A stretch of 64,000 nt of DNA from an uncultured Actinomycetes bacterium (GCA_963701395.1 CAVOZU010000007.1:514053-578052), one strand, 5' to 3'; numbered from the stretch's first letter, positions 17,959-28,599 are shown. Notes: generated from the sequence alone by a model not told the origin. Program-made: numbers and translations.

Positions 17959-19005
17959 GTGGTCGAGCACGCCTCCCGGCCGGACCGATCGGCGCTCGTG
18001 CGGGTGCTCGTCTGGCCGCTGACGATCCTGCGGCGCCTCGTCGGCGTGGTGCCGACGACGGTCGACATGTACTTCGCGCGGCGCTGCCCTCAACATGCCG
18101 CAGGGATCGCGTACCGGGTGCTGTTCTCGCTGGCCCCACTCGCCATCATCCTCGTCTCGATCTTCGCGCTGGTGCTGACGGACGACGGGATCCGCGAGAG
18201 CGTGATCGACAGCGTGATCGACGCACTCCCCTTGTCCGACGAGGGCGCCCAGGACGTGACGAACGCGATCACACGGATCGCGCAGCCGGCGAGCGCGCTC
18301 GGGCTGCTCTCCCTCCTCGTCTTCGCGTGGGCGGCGACCGGCATGATGGCGGCGATCCGGGTCGGGCTGGAAGAGGCGATGGGTGTCGACCGCTCTCGGC
18401 CGGCGGTGCGCAGCAAGATCGTCGACGTCGTGCTCGTGTTCGCGGTCGCGGTTCTCGTCCTGTCGACAGTGGCGTTGAACCTTGCAGTACAGGTCGTGAC
18501 CGAGCACGCGGAGCGCGTCACTGACTGGCTCGGGATCGGCGACGGCGGCATCGGCTTCGCCAGCCGCAACGGCGCGCCGGTCTTCGTGTCGACGGTCGTC
18601 GTGATGCTGCTCTACCGATTCGTCCCGGCGCGGAGGCTGCGGTTTCGCGACGCTGTCGCTGGATCGTTCGTGACCGCGTTGTTGCTGTTCGGCGTCTCGC
18701 TGCTCTCGGTCTTCATCCTGCGCAAGACGTCCGACCTCTCGGTCGTCTACGGGTCGCTGACGGCCGCTCTCGTCTTTCTCTACACCGTCTACATGTATGC
18801 CACTGCCTTGCTGATCGGCGCGGTCGTTGCAGCCGCCTGGGCCGAGCCGCCGTCCGGGCAGGGCGGCCCGTTCGGCGCACAGCTCAAACGCGCAGCGCGT
18901 GGGCTCTTCGTCCACGCCGACGACGCTCGCGTCGAGCCCACTCCTCCTCAGGAAGATGCCGCGCGGCCGACTCCTCCCGCCGAGCCTCACGGCGATTCAG
19001 CCTGA
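17959..19005 (+). CDS. YihY/virulence factor BrkB family membrane protein
   Basis: AAGIAYRVLFSLAP, LYRFVP, VYGSL. Confidence 0.88.
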   Translation: MVEHASRPDRSALVRVLVWPLTILRRLVGVVPTTVDMYFARRCPQHAAGIAYRVLFSLAPLAIILVSIFALVLTDDGIRESVIDSVIDALPLSDEGAQDVTNAITRIAQPASALGLLSLLVFAWAATGMMAAIRVGLEEAMGVDRSRPAVRSKIVDVVLVFAVAVLVLSTVALNLAVQVVTEHAERVTDWLGIGDGGIGFASRNGAPVFVSTVVVMLLYRFVPARRLRFRDAVAGSFVTALLLFGVSLLSVFILRKTSDLSVVYGSLTAALVFLYTVYMYATALLIGAVVAAAWAEPPSGQGGPFGAQLKRAARGLFVHADDARVEPTPPQEDAARPTPPAEPHGDSA

Positions 19006-19392
19006 CCGGCTCCAGTCGAGCCCACGTGCAACGACGGCATCCTCGATCGCCGCGACGAGGAACTGCGGATCGCGGTCGAGGCGATCGAGCGTTTCCCTGT
19101 CGACGAGCTCGACGAGCCCTTCGTCCGTCTCGGCCAGGACAGTGGGGGTCCTCCCCTCGCTCGCCTCGACGGCCGCCGGTGTCCGTTCGTCGAGGTGGAC
19201 GATCTCGAACGGGACGGGCAACCCGGCGCGGCAGGCGCGGGAAGCGCGCTTTTCGACCGGCGACCAGCCGTGCGTGATCTCACAGAGCGCGCAGTGCCTG
19301 CGGCCGAGGATCTTGCCCACGGTGTAGGCAACCTCCCCCCTGAACGACCCCTTCGCGTCGTAGACGCCGATCAGCTTGCGGACGACGGCCAT
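18997..19392 (-). CDS. hypothetical protein (thioredoxin-like, CxxC)
   Basis: LIGVYDAKG..HCALCEITHG..HLDE..PTVL. Confidence 0.7.
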   Translation of the reverse strand: MAVVRKLIGVYDAKGSFRGEVAYTVGKILGRRHCALCEITHGWSPVEKRASRACRAGLPVPFEIVHLDERTPAAVEASEGRTPTVLAETDEGLVELVDRETLDRLDRDPQFLVAAIEDAVVARGLDWSRSG

Positions 19393-19427
19393 GCGGCCAC
19401 CGTACAGACCGCCGCTTTGCGCTCGCT

Positions 19428-19979
19428 CTACGTCTTCGCGGAGCGTGTCTTGGCGCCACCGCCGAGGCCGCTTGACAGGCGGCGCAGTAGGTCGTTGAGC
19501 TGACGCTTCTCGGCGGCGGTCAACCCGATCGTGAATGCCTGCTCTCGCTCGGCCTGCGCGGAGACCGATTCCTGCCACAGCTTCCAGCCTGCGTCAGTCA
19601 ACTCGACCTGGACGCCACGCCGGTCGTCTGGATCGGGAAGCCGTCGCACGAGCCCGCTCTCCTCCATCTTGTCGAGGCGCGCCGTCATGCCACCGCTCGA
19701 GAGGTAACACGTGGACGCAAGCTGCCCGGGCGACGCGCGATAGGGCTCTCCGGCCGAGCGCAGCGTGCCGAGCACACGGAACTCGCCCCAGGTGATCCCG
19801 AAACGTTCGAGCGTCTCGCCGTGACTGCGCTCGAGATGGCGGCCGAGCCGGTGCAGACGCTCGACAATGCCCTCCGTCTCGAGATCCAGATCCGGTAGCT
19901 CGCGCCCCCAGACCTCGAGTCGCCTGTCGACGAGATCGCGGGGTGCGGGAGTCCTGCGGCTCATTGGCATATTTTCCAT
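19428..19979 (-). CDS. MarR family regulator, TamR/UrtR-like
   Basis: W..E.PDLD N-terminal helix, LRSAGEPY, DPDDRRG wing. Confidence 0.88.
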   Translation of the reverse strand: MENMPMSRRTPAPRDLVDRRLEVWGRELPDLDLETEGIVERLHRLGRHLERSHGETLERFGITWGEFRVLGTLRSAGEPYRASPGQLASTCYLSSGGMTARLDKMEESGLVRRLPDPDDRRGVQVELTDAGWKLWQESVSAQAEREQAFTIGLTAAEKRQLNDLLRRLSSGLGGGAKTRSAKT

Positions 19980-20058
19980 ATCGAGATTCTTGACGTCAAG
20001 CCTCTTGTGTGTGTATCTTGCCATAAAGCCTCTTGATGTCAAGACACTTCAAGTGGAG
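19974..20058. promoter_or_regulatory. tandem palindromic operators between divergent genes
   Basis: CTTGACGTCAAG (19989-20000), TCTTGATGTCAAGA (20031-20044) and degenerate neighbours. Confidence 0.7.
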
Positions 20059-20078
20059 AGAGATAAGGAGGAACCACC

Positions 20079-20336
20079 ATGCTCGAGCCGATCGACATCG
20101 ACATCCGCCGCGAGGTAGCCGCCACGCGCACGCTGACTCTGCGGGCTGCCGGAGGAACAGTTACTCGTCCTGCTCCCATTCGCGGCCTCGGCACGCTGCT
20201 CGTCTCCATCGGGCTCAGACTGTCGCCACCCGAGCTTCGAGGCCGCCCGGCCGTTCACGTCCCTTCCGGCCGGAGAGAGGCCCCCGCTGATCCGGGGGCC
20301 TCTCTCACCTGCTGCCAAGGAAGCGTTTTTCTATAA
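20079..20336 (+). CDS. small hypothetical protein
   Basis: AGGAGG Shine-Dalgarno; C-terminal GTLLVSIGLRL. Confidence 0.5.
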   Translation: MLEPIDIDIRREVAATRTLTLRAAGGTVTRPAPIRGLGTLLVSIGLRLSPPELRGRPAVHVPSGRREAPADPGASLTCCQGSVFL

Positions 20337-20374
20337 ACTTTTGGCCACGCGTTCCCGTCCCCCCGGAGGTTCCC

Positions 20375-21562
20375 GTGACAGTCCAGACCGAGCTCCCCGC
20401 ACTCGATCCGTACGACTACCTCGCGCTCGACGCGCTGCTCGACGAGGAAGAGCGGGCGATCCGCGACACGGTGCGCCAGTTCGTGCGCGACCAGGTGCTG
20501 CCGGAGGTCGGCGACTGGTTCGAGCGTGGCCAGCTGCCCCGAGAGCTGATGACCGAGCTCGGGAAGCTCGGGCTCTTCGGCATGCACCTCGACGGCTACG
20601 GCCTGCCGGGAGCGAGTGCGGTCGCCTACGGTCTCGCGTGCCTCGAGCTCGAGGCGGGCGACTCCGGCGTGCGCAGCGCCGTCTCCGTCCAGGGGTCGCT
20701 GGCGATGTACGCGATCTGGCGTTGGGGGTCCGAGGGGCAGAAGGAGCGGTGGCTGCCCGCGATGCACCGCGGTGAGGCGATCGGCTGCTTCGGTCTCACC
20801 GAGCCGGATGCCGGCTCCGACCCGGGCTCGATGCGAACCCACGCCCGCCGCGACGGCGGCGACTGGATCCTGAACGGCGCGAAGATGTGGATCACGAACG
20901 GCACGATCGCCGACGTCGCCGTCGTGTGGGCACGAACCGACGGCGGCGAGATCCTCGGGTTCCTCGTGGAGAAGGGCATGCCGGGCTTCACTGCGCCCGA
21001 GATCCACAAGAAGATCTCACTGCGTGCGTCGGTGACCTCCGAGCTCGTGCTCCAGGACGTCCGCGTCCCCGACGAGAACGTGTTCCCAGAGGTACGGACG
21101 CTACGCGGGCCGCTCACCTGCCTCAGCGAAGCGCGCTACGGCATCGTTTGGGGCTCGGTCGGCGCTGGGCGTGCCTGCTTCGAGGCTGCGCTCGAGTACG
21201 CGAAGGAACGACTCGTGTTCGGGAAACCGATTTCCGCGTACCAGCTGACACAGCAGAAGCTCGCCGAGATGGCGCTCGAGGTGAACCGTGCCGGCCTCGT
21301 CGCGCTCCACCTGGGCCGGATGAAGGACGCAGGGACGCTTCGGCCCGAGCACGTCAGCCTCGGCAAGTTCGGGAACGTGCGCGGCGCACTGGATGTCTGT
21401 CGCAGCGCCCGCTCGGTGTTGGGCGCCAACGGCGTCACGCTCGAGTACCCCGTGATCCGCCACATGAACAACCTCGAGTCGGTGCTCACGTACGAAGGGA
21501 CGCATGAGGTACACACCCTCGTCGTCGGCGGCGCGCTCACCGGCACGCCGGCGTTCCGGTAG
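20375..21562 (+). CDS. acyl-CoA dehydrogenase, glutaryl-CoA dehydrogenase-like
   Basis: FGLTEPDAGSDP, GAKMWITNG, NLESVLTYEGT. Confidence 0.92.
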   Translation: MTVQTELPALDPYDYLALDALLDEEERAIRDTVRQFVRDQVLPEVGDWFERGQLPRELMTELGKLGLFGMHLDGYGLPGASAVAYGLACLELEAGDSGVRSAVSVQGSLAMYAIWRWGSEGQKERWLPAMHRGEAIGCFGLTEPDAGSDPGSMRTHARRDGGDWILNGAKMWITNGTIADVAVVWARTDGGEILGFLVEKGMPGFTAPEIHKKISLRASVTSELVLQDVRVPDENVFPEVRTLRGPLTCLSEARYGIVWGSVGAGRACFEAALEYAKERLVFGKPISAYQLTQQKLAEMALEVNRAGLVALHLGRMKDAGTLRPEHVSLGKFGNVRGALDVCRSARSVLGANGVTLEYPVIRHMNNLESVLTYEGTHEVHTLVVGGALTGTPAFR

Positions 21563-21569
21563 GAGCAAC

Positions 21570-22226
21570 ATGACCACCCCGTCGCAGCAGCGTCCGACGG
21601 CGCCACATCGCGCAGCCGAAGCGCTCCGTACCGCCATCCTCGAAGGAAAGCTGCAGCCGGGTCAGCGCATCAGCCAGGAGGCGTGGGCGGAGCGGGTCGG
21701 CGTGAGCATGATCCCGCTCCGAGAGGCTCTCCACGGGCTCGCGGGGGAAGGGCTGGTCACGTACCGGCCCCGGCGCGGATATGTCGTGACGGAGCTGGAT
21801 CTCGCCGACCTGGAGGAGGTCTACGCTCTGCGACGCCTGCTCGAGACCGAGGCGATTCGTCGGGGAGTGCCGCTGGCGACGGAGTCGGACATCACAGCGC
21901 TCCGCGCCGCGGCAGACGCCTGCCGCTCGGCGGCAGCTCGGGGCGATCTCGCTTCGCGGCTCGAAGCGAACCGTTCCTTCCATGAGCTCCTCCACGGGCT
22001 GGCTGCCAGCGGGCCACTGCTGCGCCTGGTCGACCTCCTGTGGGACTCGACGGAGGCGTACCGCGCCCTCTACTACGCCCTGCCGGGTGAGGCGGTGGAG
22101 GCCGACCGTGCCCACGACGCGATCGTCGAGGCGGTCGCACGGGGCGATACGGACGCCGTCGTGGCGCTACAGGACGCCCACCGCGAGCGCGCCCTCGACC
22201 GGCTGCGCGTCACACTCGCCGCCTGA
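21570..22226 (+). CDS. GntR family regulator (FCD domain)
   Basis: GVS..PLREAL..L..EGLV wHTH; N..FH. Confidence 0.9.
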   Translation: MTTPSQQRPTAPHRAAEALRTAILEGKLQPGQRISQEAWAERVGVSMIPLREALHGLAGEGLVTYRPRRGYVVTELDLADLEEVYALRRLLETEAIRRGVPLATESDITALRAAADACRSAAARGDLASRLEANRSFHELLHGLAASGPLLRLVDLLWDSTEAYRALYYALPGEAVEADRAHDAIVEAVARGDTDAVVALQDAHRERALDRLRVTLAA

Positions 22227-22292
22227 AGCACAGACGCCTCGACCCCTCGAAAGGGGTACGCGCACGACGTCGCGCTCACCGATACCGAGAAC

Positions 22293-22514
22293 GTGACCTG
22301 GGTCGAGCTCGAAGAGCAGTGGCTCCGCGACGGCAAGCACGTGTACTTCGCCCCCGAGGACGAGGCGGGCATCGGCGCGTTCGAACAACACCTCCGCCGA
22401 AAGCGCCTGCGCTTCGTGGTGCACAACCGTCCCGACGTGCCAGCCGTCGTCTTCGCGCGCCCGCCCCGCAGGGCCCGCAGCGAGCGCCCCGTGCGCGAGC
22501 AGCAGGCCGCCTAG
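22293..22514 (+). CDS. small hypothetical protein
   Basis: 73-aa ORF filling an intergenic gap with plausible composition. Confidence 0.5.
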   Translation: MTWVELEEQWLRDGKHVYFAPEDEAGIGAFEQHLRRKRLRFVVHNRPDVPAVVFARPPRRARSERPVREQQAA

Positions 22515-22550
22515 GCTCTCGCGCTCACCGGCGGGGAAAGGCGCCCCCGT

Positions 22551-23657
22551 CTACGGGAACACGATCACGCTGCGGATGCCGTCTTGGGCTTCCATCAGCT
22601 CGAAGCCGCGGTTGACCTCGTCGAGTGTGAGCCGGTGGCTCAGCAGCGCCTCGACGTCGATCTCGCCGTCGAGCCAGCGGCGGACGAGTTGTGGCACCTG
22701 CGTGCGCCCCTTGACGCCGCCGAAGGAGGAACCGGTGACGCGCCGTCCGGTGATCAGCAGCCGAGGCACGATGTCGACCGTCTCCCCCTTGCCTGCGACG
22801 CCGATCATGGTCGCGAGCCCCCAGGCTTCGCGCGCAGCCTCGACCGCCTGACTCATCACCGAAACGCTTCCGGTCGCCTCGAACGTGAAGTCTGCGCCGA
22901 AGCCGCCCGTCTCCGCGCGGATCCACTCGACGACGTCTTCGTCCGCCGTCAGCGTGTCGGTCGCACCGTGATGCCGAGCCATCGCGAGGCGGTCGGCTGA
23001 CGGATCGACGGCGATGATCCGGCCGGCGCCGGAGAGGCGGCAACCGATCACCGCGCCGAGTCCGACGAGCCCGCACCCGAAGACGACACAGGTTGCACCC
23101 GGCTCGACACGGGCGGTGTAGAGCGCCGCGCCGATCCCCGTGGAGAGCCCGCAGGCGAACGGAGCGCATCCCTCGAGCGGGGCGTCGCGATCGACCTTCG
23201 CCAGGGCGATCTCGGGCATCACCGTGTGCTCGGCGAACGTCGAGGTCCCCATGAAATGCCTGAGCGGCACCCCACCTCGCGAGAAGCGCGCGGTGCCGTC
23301 CGGGAGGAACCCGAGGCCCTGCTGTTCGCGGATCGTGACGCAGCGATTCGTCCGAGGGCTCCGACAGTGGACGCATTCGCCGCACTCCGGCGCGAACAGC
23401 GTGATCACGTGGTCGCCCGGCTCCACGAGCGTCACATCCCGCCCGACCCGCTCCACGACGCCGGCACCTTCGTGCCCGAGGACGCACGGCGTGTAGCCGG
23501 TCGGATCGGCGCCCGACGCCGTGTAGAGGTCGGTGTGGCACACGCCGCACGCCACGAGGCGCACGAGCACCTCGCCGTCGGACGGGTCGGCGAGATCGAC
23601 GTCCTGGACGACGAGTGGTCGGCCGAACTCCTCGAGTACCGCTGCGCGTGTCCTCAT
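22551..23657 (-). CDS. Zn-dependent alcohol/formaldehyde dehydrogenase (class III-like)
   Basis: GVCHTD, GHEGAG, CGECVHC..C, GCGLVG, GSSFGG. Confidence 0.92.
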   Translation of the reverse strand: MRTRAAVLEEFGRPLVVQDVDLADPSDGEVLVRLVACGVCHTDLYTASGADPTGYTPCVLGHEGAGVVERVGRDVTLVEPGDHVITLFAPECGECVHCRSPRTNRCVTIREQQGLGFLPDGTARFSRGGVPLRHFMGTSTFAEHTVMPEIALAKVDRDAPLEGCAPFACGLSTGIGAALYTARVEPGATCVVFGCGLVGLGAVIGCRLSGAGRIIAVDPSADRLAMARHHGATDTLTADEDVVEWIRAETGGFGADFTFEATGSVSVMSQAVEAAREAWGLATMIGVAGKGETVDIVPRLLITGRRVTGSSFGGVKGRTQVPQLVRRWLDGEIDVEALLSHRLTLDEVNRGFELMEAQDGIRSVIVFP

Positions 23658-23747
23658 CTCCAGTGTCCTCCCGGTCGGTGATCGACGTCGACCGCGAGAC
23701 CCTCGCATACCATCGCAATCGACGCGCCGCGCGTCTGCGAGACGACC

Positions 23748-24719
23748 ATGAGCGACAGGGAGCCAATGCAGCAGATCGACCCCGGGATCGCCGACATCGA
23801 GCCTGCCCAGGAGTCACTGGAGGCGGCTCTCACCGAGCTCGCAGGGCGCCCGCTCGAGGACACGAGGTGGGCACGGATGACCGCCGGCGCCGTCGTTTGG
23901 CTGCAGCGCGTCACGTCGAACGGCCCGCTGAGCGTCGCCGCCGAAATCGCCTGGCGGACGGGTCGACGTGACGCCTCGATCGCAGGCAGCGTCCTCGCCG
24001 CAGCGATCGCCTACCGGATCTTCATCTGGGCCATCCCCGTCGGCTTCTTCCTCGTCGTCGTCTTCGGCGCGTACGTCGACGCTGCTGCGATCGACGCGAA
24101 CGAGGCGCTCGAGGAGGTCGGCTTCGCCGGCTACTTCGCGGCCTCCATCGCGCAGACATCGGGCACGATCACCGGCTTCGCGCGCGTTGTTGCCCTGCTC
24201 GTCGCCACCTGGCTCGTGCTCTACGAGACCGCGATCCTGCTGCGCACTGCACGATCGGTGACCGCCCTCGCGTGGAGGATGCCCGTACCGAGGATGGGAA
24301 ACCCTGTGATCCCGACGCTCGCGTTCCTCGGGCTCACGGCCGGCAGCCTCCTGGCCGGGCAGGCGCTGACGCCTCTCCGTGCCCAGCTCGGCGGCGCTCT
24401 CGGTGTCGTGCTCGGGGTCGTCGCGCTGCTCGGGCTACCGGCCTACTGGTTCGTCGTGTCGCGATGGCTGCTGCCCAACGCCGCGCGCAGCTGGGCGGAC
24501 CTGCTCCCGGGCGCTGCGTTCTTCGGCATCGGGATGGCGGCACTCCACCTCTTCTACTTGCTGATCCTGTTCCCATGGCTCGAGCGCAAGGAGGAGACGT
24601 ACGGGGTGCTCGGCGTCGCCGCCGGGCTGCTCTTCGGGTTCTTCCTCATCGGTCGCATGATCGAGCTCTCGGCATCGTTCAATGCGGTCCTCGTCGAGCG
24701 CCGCCGCGATACCGCTTGA
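23748..24719 (+). CDS. YihY/BrkB-like membrane protein
   Basis: AAAIAYRIF, LLPGA, TYGVLG; multiple TM segments. Confidence 0.75.
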   Translation: MSDREPMQQIDPGIADIEPAQESLEAALTELAGRPLEDTRWARMTAGAVVWLQRVTSNGPLSVAAEIAWRTGRRDASIAGSVLAAAIAYRIFIWAIPVGFFLVVVFGAYVDAAAIDANEALEEVGFAGYFAASIAQTSGTITGFARVVALLVATWLVLYETAILLRTARSVTALAWRMPVPRMGNPVIPTLAFLGLTAGSLLAGQALTPLRAQLGGALGVVLGVVALLGLPAYWFVVSRWLLPNAARSWADLLPGAAFFGIGMAALHLFYLLILFPWLERKEETYGVLGVAAGLLFGFFLIGRMIELSASFNAVLVERRRDTA

Positions 24720-24726
24720 GCCGGGG

Positions 24727-25311
24727 TCAGCCGGTCGAGAGTGCGGCCGCGAGGGCGTTCAACGTCTCGGATCCTGCGATCCCGTCCGCGGTGAGACCCT
24801 CCGCGGTCTGGAAGGCAACGACGGCAGCCTGCGTCGACGGCCCGTAGTCACCGTCGATCGCCCCCGGGTCGTAGCCGAGCTTCGCGAGCGCCTGCTGCAG
24901 AGCCTCGACCTCCGGGCCGTCGTCGCCCGATCGCAGCGTGACGTCCTGCGGGACGGTGATCGAGCCGGTCGCGGGCGGCGTCGTGGTCGGGGTCGTATCG
25001 GGTGTCGTCGGCGTGGTCGTCGTTGCGGGTGTGGTTGCGGGCGCCGTCGCCGTCGGCGTAGCGCTCGAGTCGTCCGAGTCGGTCAGGCTCTGGGCGACGA
25101 GGATGCCGGCGACGATCAGCGCGATGGCTCCGACGAGGGCGGCGATGGCGACCCAGGGACCCGCGATCGGGCTTCCGCGCCTCGGCGTCGGGTGCTCCGG
25201 CTCCGGGTCCTCCCAGACGACCGTGTCCGCGTCGCCCGGCTCCGCGCCCGGCCCGGAGAACCAGTCGTCCTCGTCTCCGCCCGTGTTGGGAGTGCCGTAC
25301 TCGTCGTGCAT
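24727..25311 (-). CDS. membrane-anchored peptidoglycan-binding protein
   Basis: TM, Thr/Pro linker, PG_binding_1 motifs (DGDYGPST..FQ..GL..DGIAG). Confidence 0.85.
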   Translation of the reverse strand: MHDEYGTPNTGGDEDDWFSGPGAEPGDADTVVWEDPEPEHPTPRRGSPIAGPWVAIAALVGAIALIVAGILVAQSLTDSDDSSATPTATAPATTPATTTTPTTPDTTPTTTPPATGSITVPQDVTLRSGDDGPEVEALQQALAKLGYDPGAIDGDYGPSTQAAVVAFQTAEGLTADGIAGSETLNALAAALSTG

Positions 25312-25401
25312 GCCTGCACGCTAGCGGCCCGTGCGGATCGCAACCAGTCCCGACCGCGAAATAGACGGCTTCGGCCGCGCGCCGCACACGATTCGAGGGG
25401 A

Positions 25402-26199
25402 TCAGAAGACTGGTGCTACGGCGTCACCGAGGGCGACGCGCCCCGGTGCCGCCACGCTGCCCACGACACCGAACGGGAGCGGCTCAGTCGTCTCCATCAC
25501 CCCGCGATAGGTCGTCAGCACCTCGAGCGTCGCCAGGTCGGAAGCGCCCGTCTCGGGATTCTGCGTCGTCACGACGCAGCGCCCGACGTTCCCGCGTACA
25601 CGGATCACCGCCTCGCCGACAGCGACGTCTCGGCCGATCCACGCGTCCTCCTCGTGCGCGCCGATGCCGTCCACGCCGAAGAGCATGCGGAAGCGCCGCG
25701 GGTCGACCTCCCCCACGCCCGCGACGCCGGCCAGCCGGTCCAGCGATGCAGCTCCGAGAAGCGTCACGGCGCCGTCGCTGCCACGGTCGACGCCGGCGCC
25801 GCCGTCGTCCGGAAGCACCAGGCGCAGAGGCTCACCGGCGAACGCCGAGAGGGAAGCAGCGAACTCTCCTGCCAGGACCCGCCCCGTCACGGGCCGACCG
25901 TAGAAGTGCGTCGTGATCCGCTCGCCCGGCTCGAGCGCCCCGGCGACCACGTAGCCGTCGGGGAAGCTGAGACTGAGCCTGCCGGCCACGACGTCGAGCT
26001 CGGGCACAACCTGGACGAGCACGCCCAGGCGCTTCCCGTTGACGAGCCGCCCGGCGTCGTCGATCAGGTGGAGGCGCCGGTTGTCCTCGACCCCGTACGC
26101 CTCGACCACGACCTCGTCCCGTGCGACGAGCGCGAGCGCCTTCACCGGGGCAACCGTGATCCAGGAGACGTGGGCGCCCACGGCCGTAGTCTCGTACAT
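25402..26199 (-). CDS. MOSC domain protein
   Basis: PVK N-terminus, DPRRFRM, ED.W, RCVVTT..P. Confidence 0.88.
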   Translation of the reverse strand: MYETTAVGAHVSWITVAPVKALALVARDEVVVEAYGVEDNRRLHLIDDAGRLVNGKRLGVLVQVVPELDVVAGRLSLSFPDGYVVAGALEPGERITTHFYGRPVTGRVLAGEFAASLSAFAGEPLRLVLPDDGGAGVDRGSDGAVTLLGAASLDRLAGVAGVGEVDPRRFRMLFGVDGIGAHEEDAWIGRDVAVGEAVIRVRGNVGRCVVTTQNPETGASDLATLEVLTTYRGVMETTEPLPFGVVGSVAAPGRVALGDAVAPVF

Positions 26200-26245
26200 T
26201 TCGCGAATCGGTATAGAGTCGAACGCGACCCGACGGACGGAGGAC

Positions 26246-26608
26246 ATGATGGAAGGTCAGGTTTCCTGGGTGATCGAGGTCGCCGTCAAGGACGGCGAGC
26301 TCGACACGTTCAAGGCGCTGATGGACGAGATGGTGGCCGGCACGAGCGCCGAGCCGCAGACGCGTTGCTACGAATGGTACATCTCCGACGACGCCGGCAC
26401 GGTGCACATCTACGAGAAGTACGCCGACTCGGACGCGATGATCGCGCACGTCAACGGCTTCATGGAGAAGTGGGCCGGGCGTTTCATGGGAAGCGTCGAC
26501 GTCCAGCGCTTCGTCGTCTACGGAGACCCGAGCCCCGGCGCACGTGAGCTGCTCGATGCCTTCGGCGGCACGTACATGGGGCCCTGGGGCGGCTTCTCCC
26601 GCACCTAG
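26246..26608 (+). CDS. ABM-type dimeric alpha/beta barrel protein
   Basis: EP.T..YEW..VHIYEKY.DS.A..AH. Confidence 0.8.
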   Translation: MMEGQVSWVIEVAVKDGELDTFKALMDEMVAGTSAEPQTRCYEWYISDDAGTVHIYEKYADSDAMIAHVNGFMEKWAGRFMGSVDVQRFVVYGDPSPGARELLDAFGGTYMGPWGGFSRT

Positions 26609-26654
26609 TCCGAGCGTCGACGCACAGCGCACAGTGACGCGCGGTGACCGCGCG

Positions 26655-27107
26655 TCAGCCCTGACGGTGGCGTAGCCCGCCTCCGTCGGCCATCAGGTCG
26701 AGGTAGAGCTTTCCCTCGTCGAAGACGTACGTGCGCACGAAGCCGAGGTCGCGGAGGTACCGGTCGCTGAGCGAGTCGTCGCCGCAATACGCGCGCGTCA
26801 CGCCGCTGACGGCGATCTCCAGCGACCCTCCGGACTCGGTGTACGTTCCGAAGCCACGGTTGCAGTCGGCCTGCACCGCTACCGACCCGTCCGACTGGAA
26901 CTCGATGGTGAACTGTGACGGGTCGTCGGGCGCAACCGTCGAGCCGTCTCCGGACAGGAGCGCCTCCCACTGCCACACCGGCCCGACGAGCATCGGCGAT
27001 GCGGAGGGATCGCTGGACGAGCCATCGTTGCCGACGATGACCCCGACGGCGATCGCGACAAACGCTGCTGCGACGCCGATCCCGATCACGAAGAGCGCTT
27101 TGCCCAT
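26655..27107 (-). CDS. META domain protein
   Basis: N-terminal TM; ADCNRG..T.AYC. Confidence 0.8.
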   Translation of the reverse strand: MGKALFVIGIGVAAAFVAIAVGVIVGNDGSSSDPSASPMLVGPVWQWEALLSGDGSTVAPDDPSQFTIEFQSDGSVAVQADCNRGFGTYTESGGSLEIAVSGVTRAYCGDDSLSDRYLRDLGFVRTYVFDEGKLYLDLMADGGGLRHRQG

Positions 27108-27246
27108 GCCCGGAGGCAGCGTAGCGACCGCGTTCCCCCGGCGCTTGAGTCGCCCGGGTGCGTGGTCTACGGCGTGCGGGAAGCCCACAGCGGGCCGCGT
27201 AGACCGCCCTGATTCCCCCGCCGTCGCCGTCTGTGATCGTGATGGT

Positions 27247-27687
27247 GTGGCCGAGGGAGCCCCGGATCGCTCCGTTGGGACATCGATCGGGCCGATCGGT
27301 GGCTTCCTCGAGCGCTTCCGCCGCAGTTCGGGCGTCCCCGCGGCCGTTGGTGACGAGGCTGCCGTGGAGCTCGCGCCCGTGTTCGCGGCCCTCGACGAAC
27401 TGGAGCGCGAGGCAGCTGCCCTGCGTGAGCGCTCGGAGCAGATGGCGACACGACGGCTCCACGAGGCACGGGAGGACGCGACCGCGATCCTCGCCGACGC
27501 ACGGAGCAGGGCCGACTCGGAGCGAGGCGACGCACTCAAGGCGGGACTGCGGGCCGCCGATGTCGCAGCCGCCGAGATCCTCGCACGCGCCGAGGACGAA
27601 GGGAGAAGGGTCGACCAACTGGGAGCCGAGCGGCTTCCCACCCTCGTCCGCCAGGTGACGGAGCACGTCCTCGAGGCGGAGCCGTGA
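27247..27687 (+). CDS. V/A-type ATPase subunit G/H-like coiled-coil protein
   Basis: First gene of the operon; Ala/Glu/Arg-rich coiled coil. Confidence 0.6.
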   Translation: MAEGAPDRSVGTSIGPIGGFLERFRRSSGVPAAVGDEAAVELAPVFAALDELEREAAALRERSEQMATRRLHEAREDATAILADARSRADSERGDALKAGLRAADVAAAEILARAEDEGRRVDQLGAERLPTLVRQVTEHVLEAEP

Positions 27688-28599
27688 GCGCCCGCTGGGT
27701 CGCGGGCAGCGTGAGGGCCCGGCTGCTGCTGGGGCGCCGGGCCGGGCCCGACGTCGCCAGGCGGCTCGCCGAGGCCGGGTCGTTGCCCGACGCCATCGAG
27801 ACGCTGCGTGTCTCCCCCGGTGGCTACGGCGCGGCGCTGACCCGAGACACGACGCTGGAGGACGCTCAGCACTCCGTCGCGTCGTCCGTGGCGCTTGCCG
27901 CCCGCGTGCTCGCCGCGTGGCTTCCCCGGGACGCCGCAGTCGAGCTCCGGGCCATGGCCTCGTGGTTCGAGCTCGTGAACATCGAGGATCGGATCGCGTA
28001 CTTGACGGGCAGTGAGCTGCGACCGGCGTTCGAGCTCGGTGTCCTCTCGTCCGTCTGGGAAGCCGCCGCCGAGGCGAGCAGCCTGGAGGAGCTGCGCCGC
28101 CTGCTCGGGCGCTCGGTCTGGGGAGACGTCGGCGGGGACGACCCGCGGGAGATCGAGCTCTGGTTGCGGCTCGCCTGGGCGAGGCGCGTGTCCAGGCAGG
28201 TGCCCGCGATACGCGCCTGGGCCGAGGGAGCGCTCGCCATCCTCGTCGCGACCGAGATGTTCGTCGCCGGGCGCTTCTTCGACGCCCGTGACATCCGCGG
28301 GCTCGGGCTCGGGCAGTCCTGGGTGTCGGCAGCAACGCTTCCCGACCTGCGCGAGCAACTGCCCCGGCGTGCAGCCTGGACACTCGAGAGCATCGACGAG
28401 CCGGCCGCCCTGTGGCGGGCAGAGCTCGCTTGGTGGCGCCGGGTTCGACTCGATGCGGAGGGCATGATCCGGGGCCGACTCGATAGCGGCGGCATCGTCG
28501 TCGGAACGCTTGCACTGCTCGCCCTCGACGCGCTGCGCGTGAACGCGGCCCTCGCCGCCGCAGTGCGGCCGGGCACCCCGGCGACGCAGGAGGTGGTCG

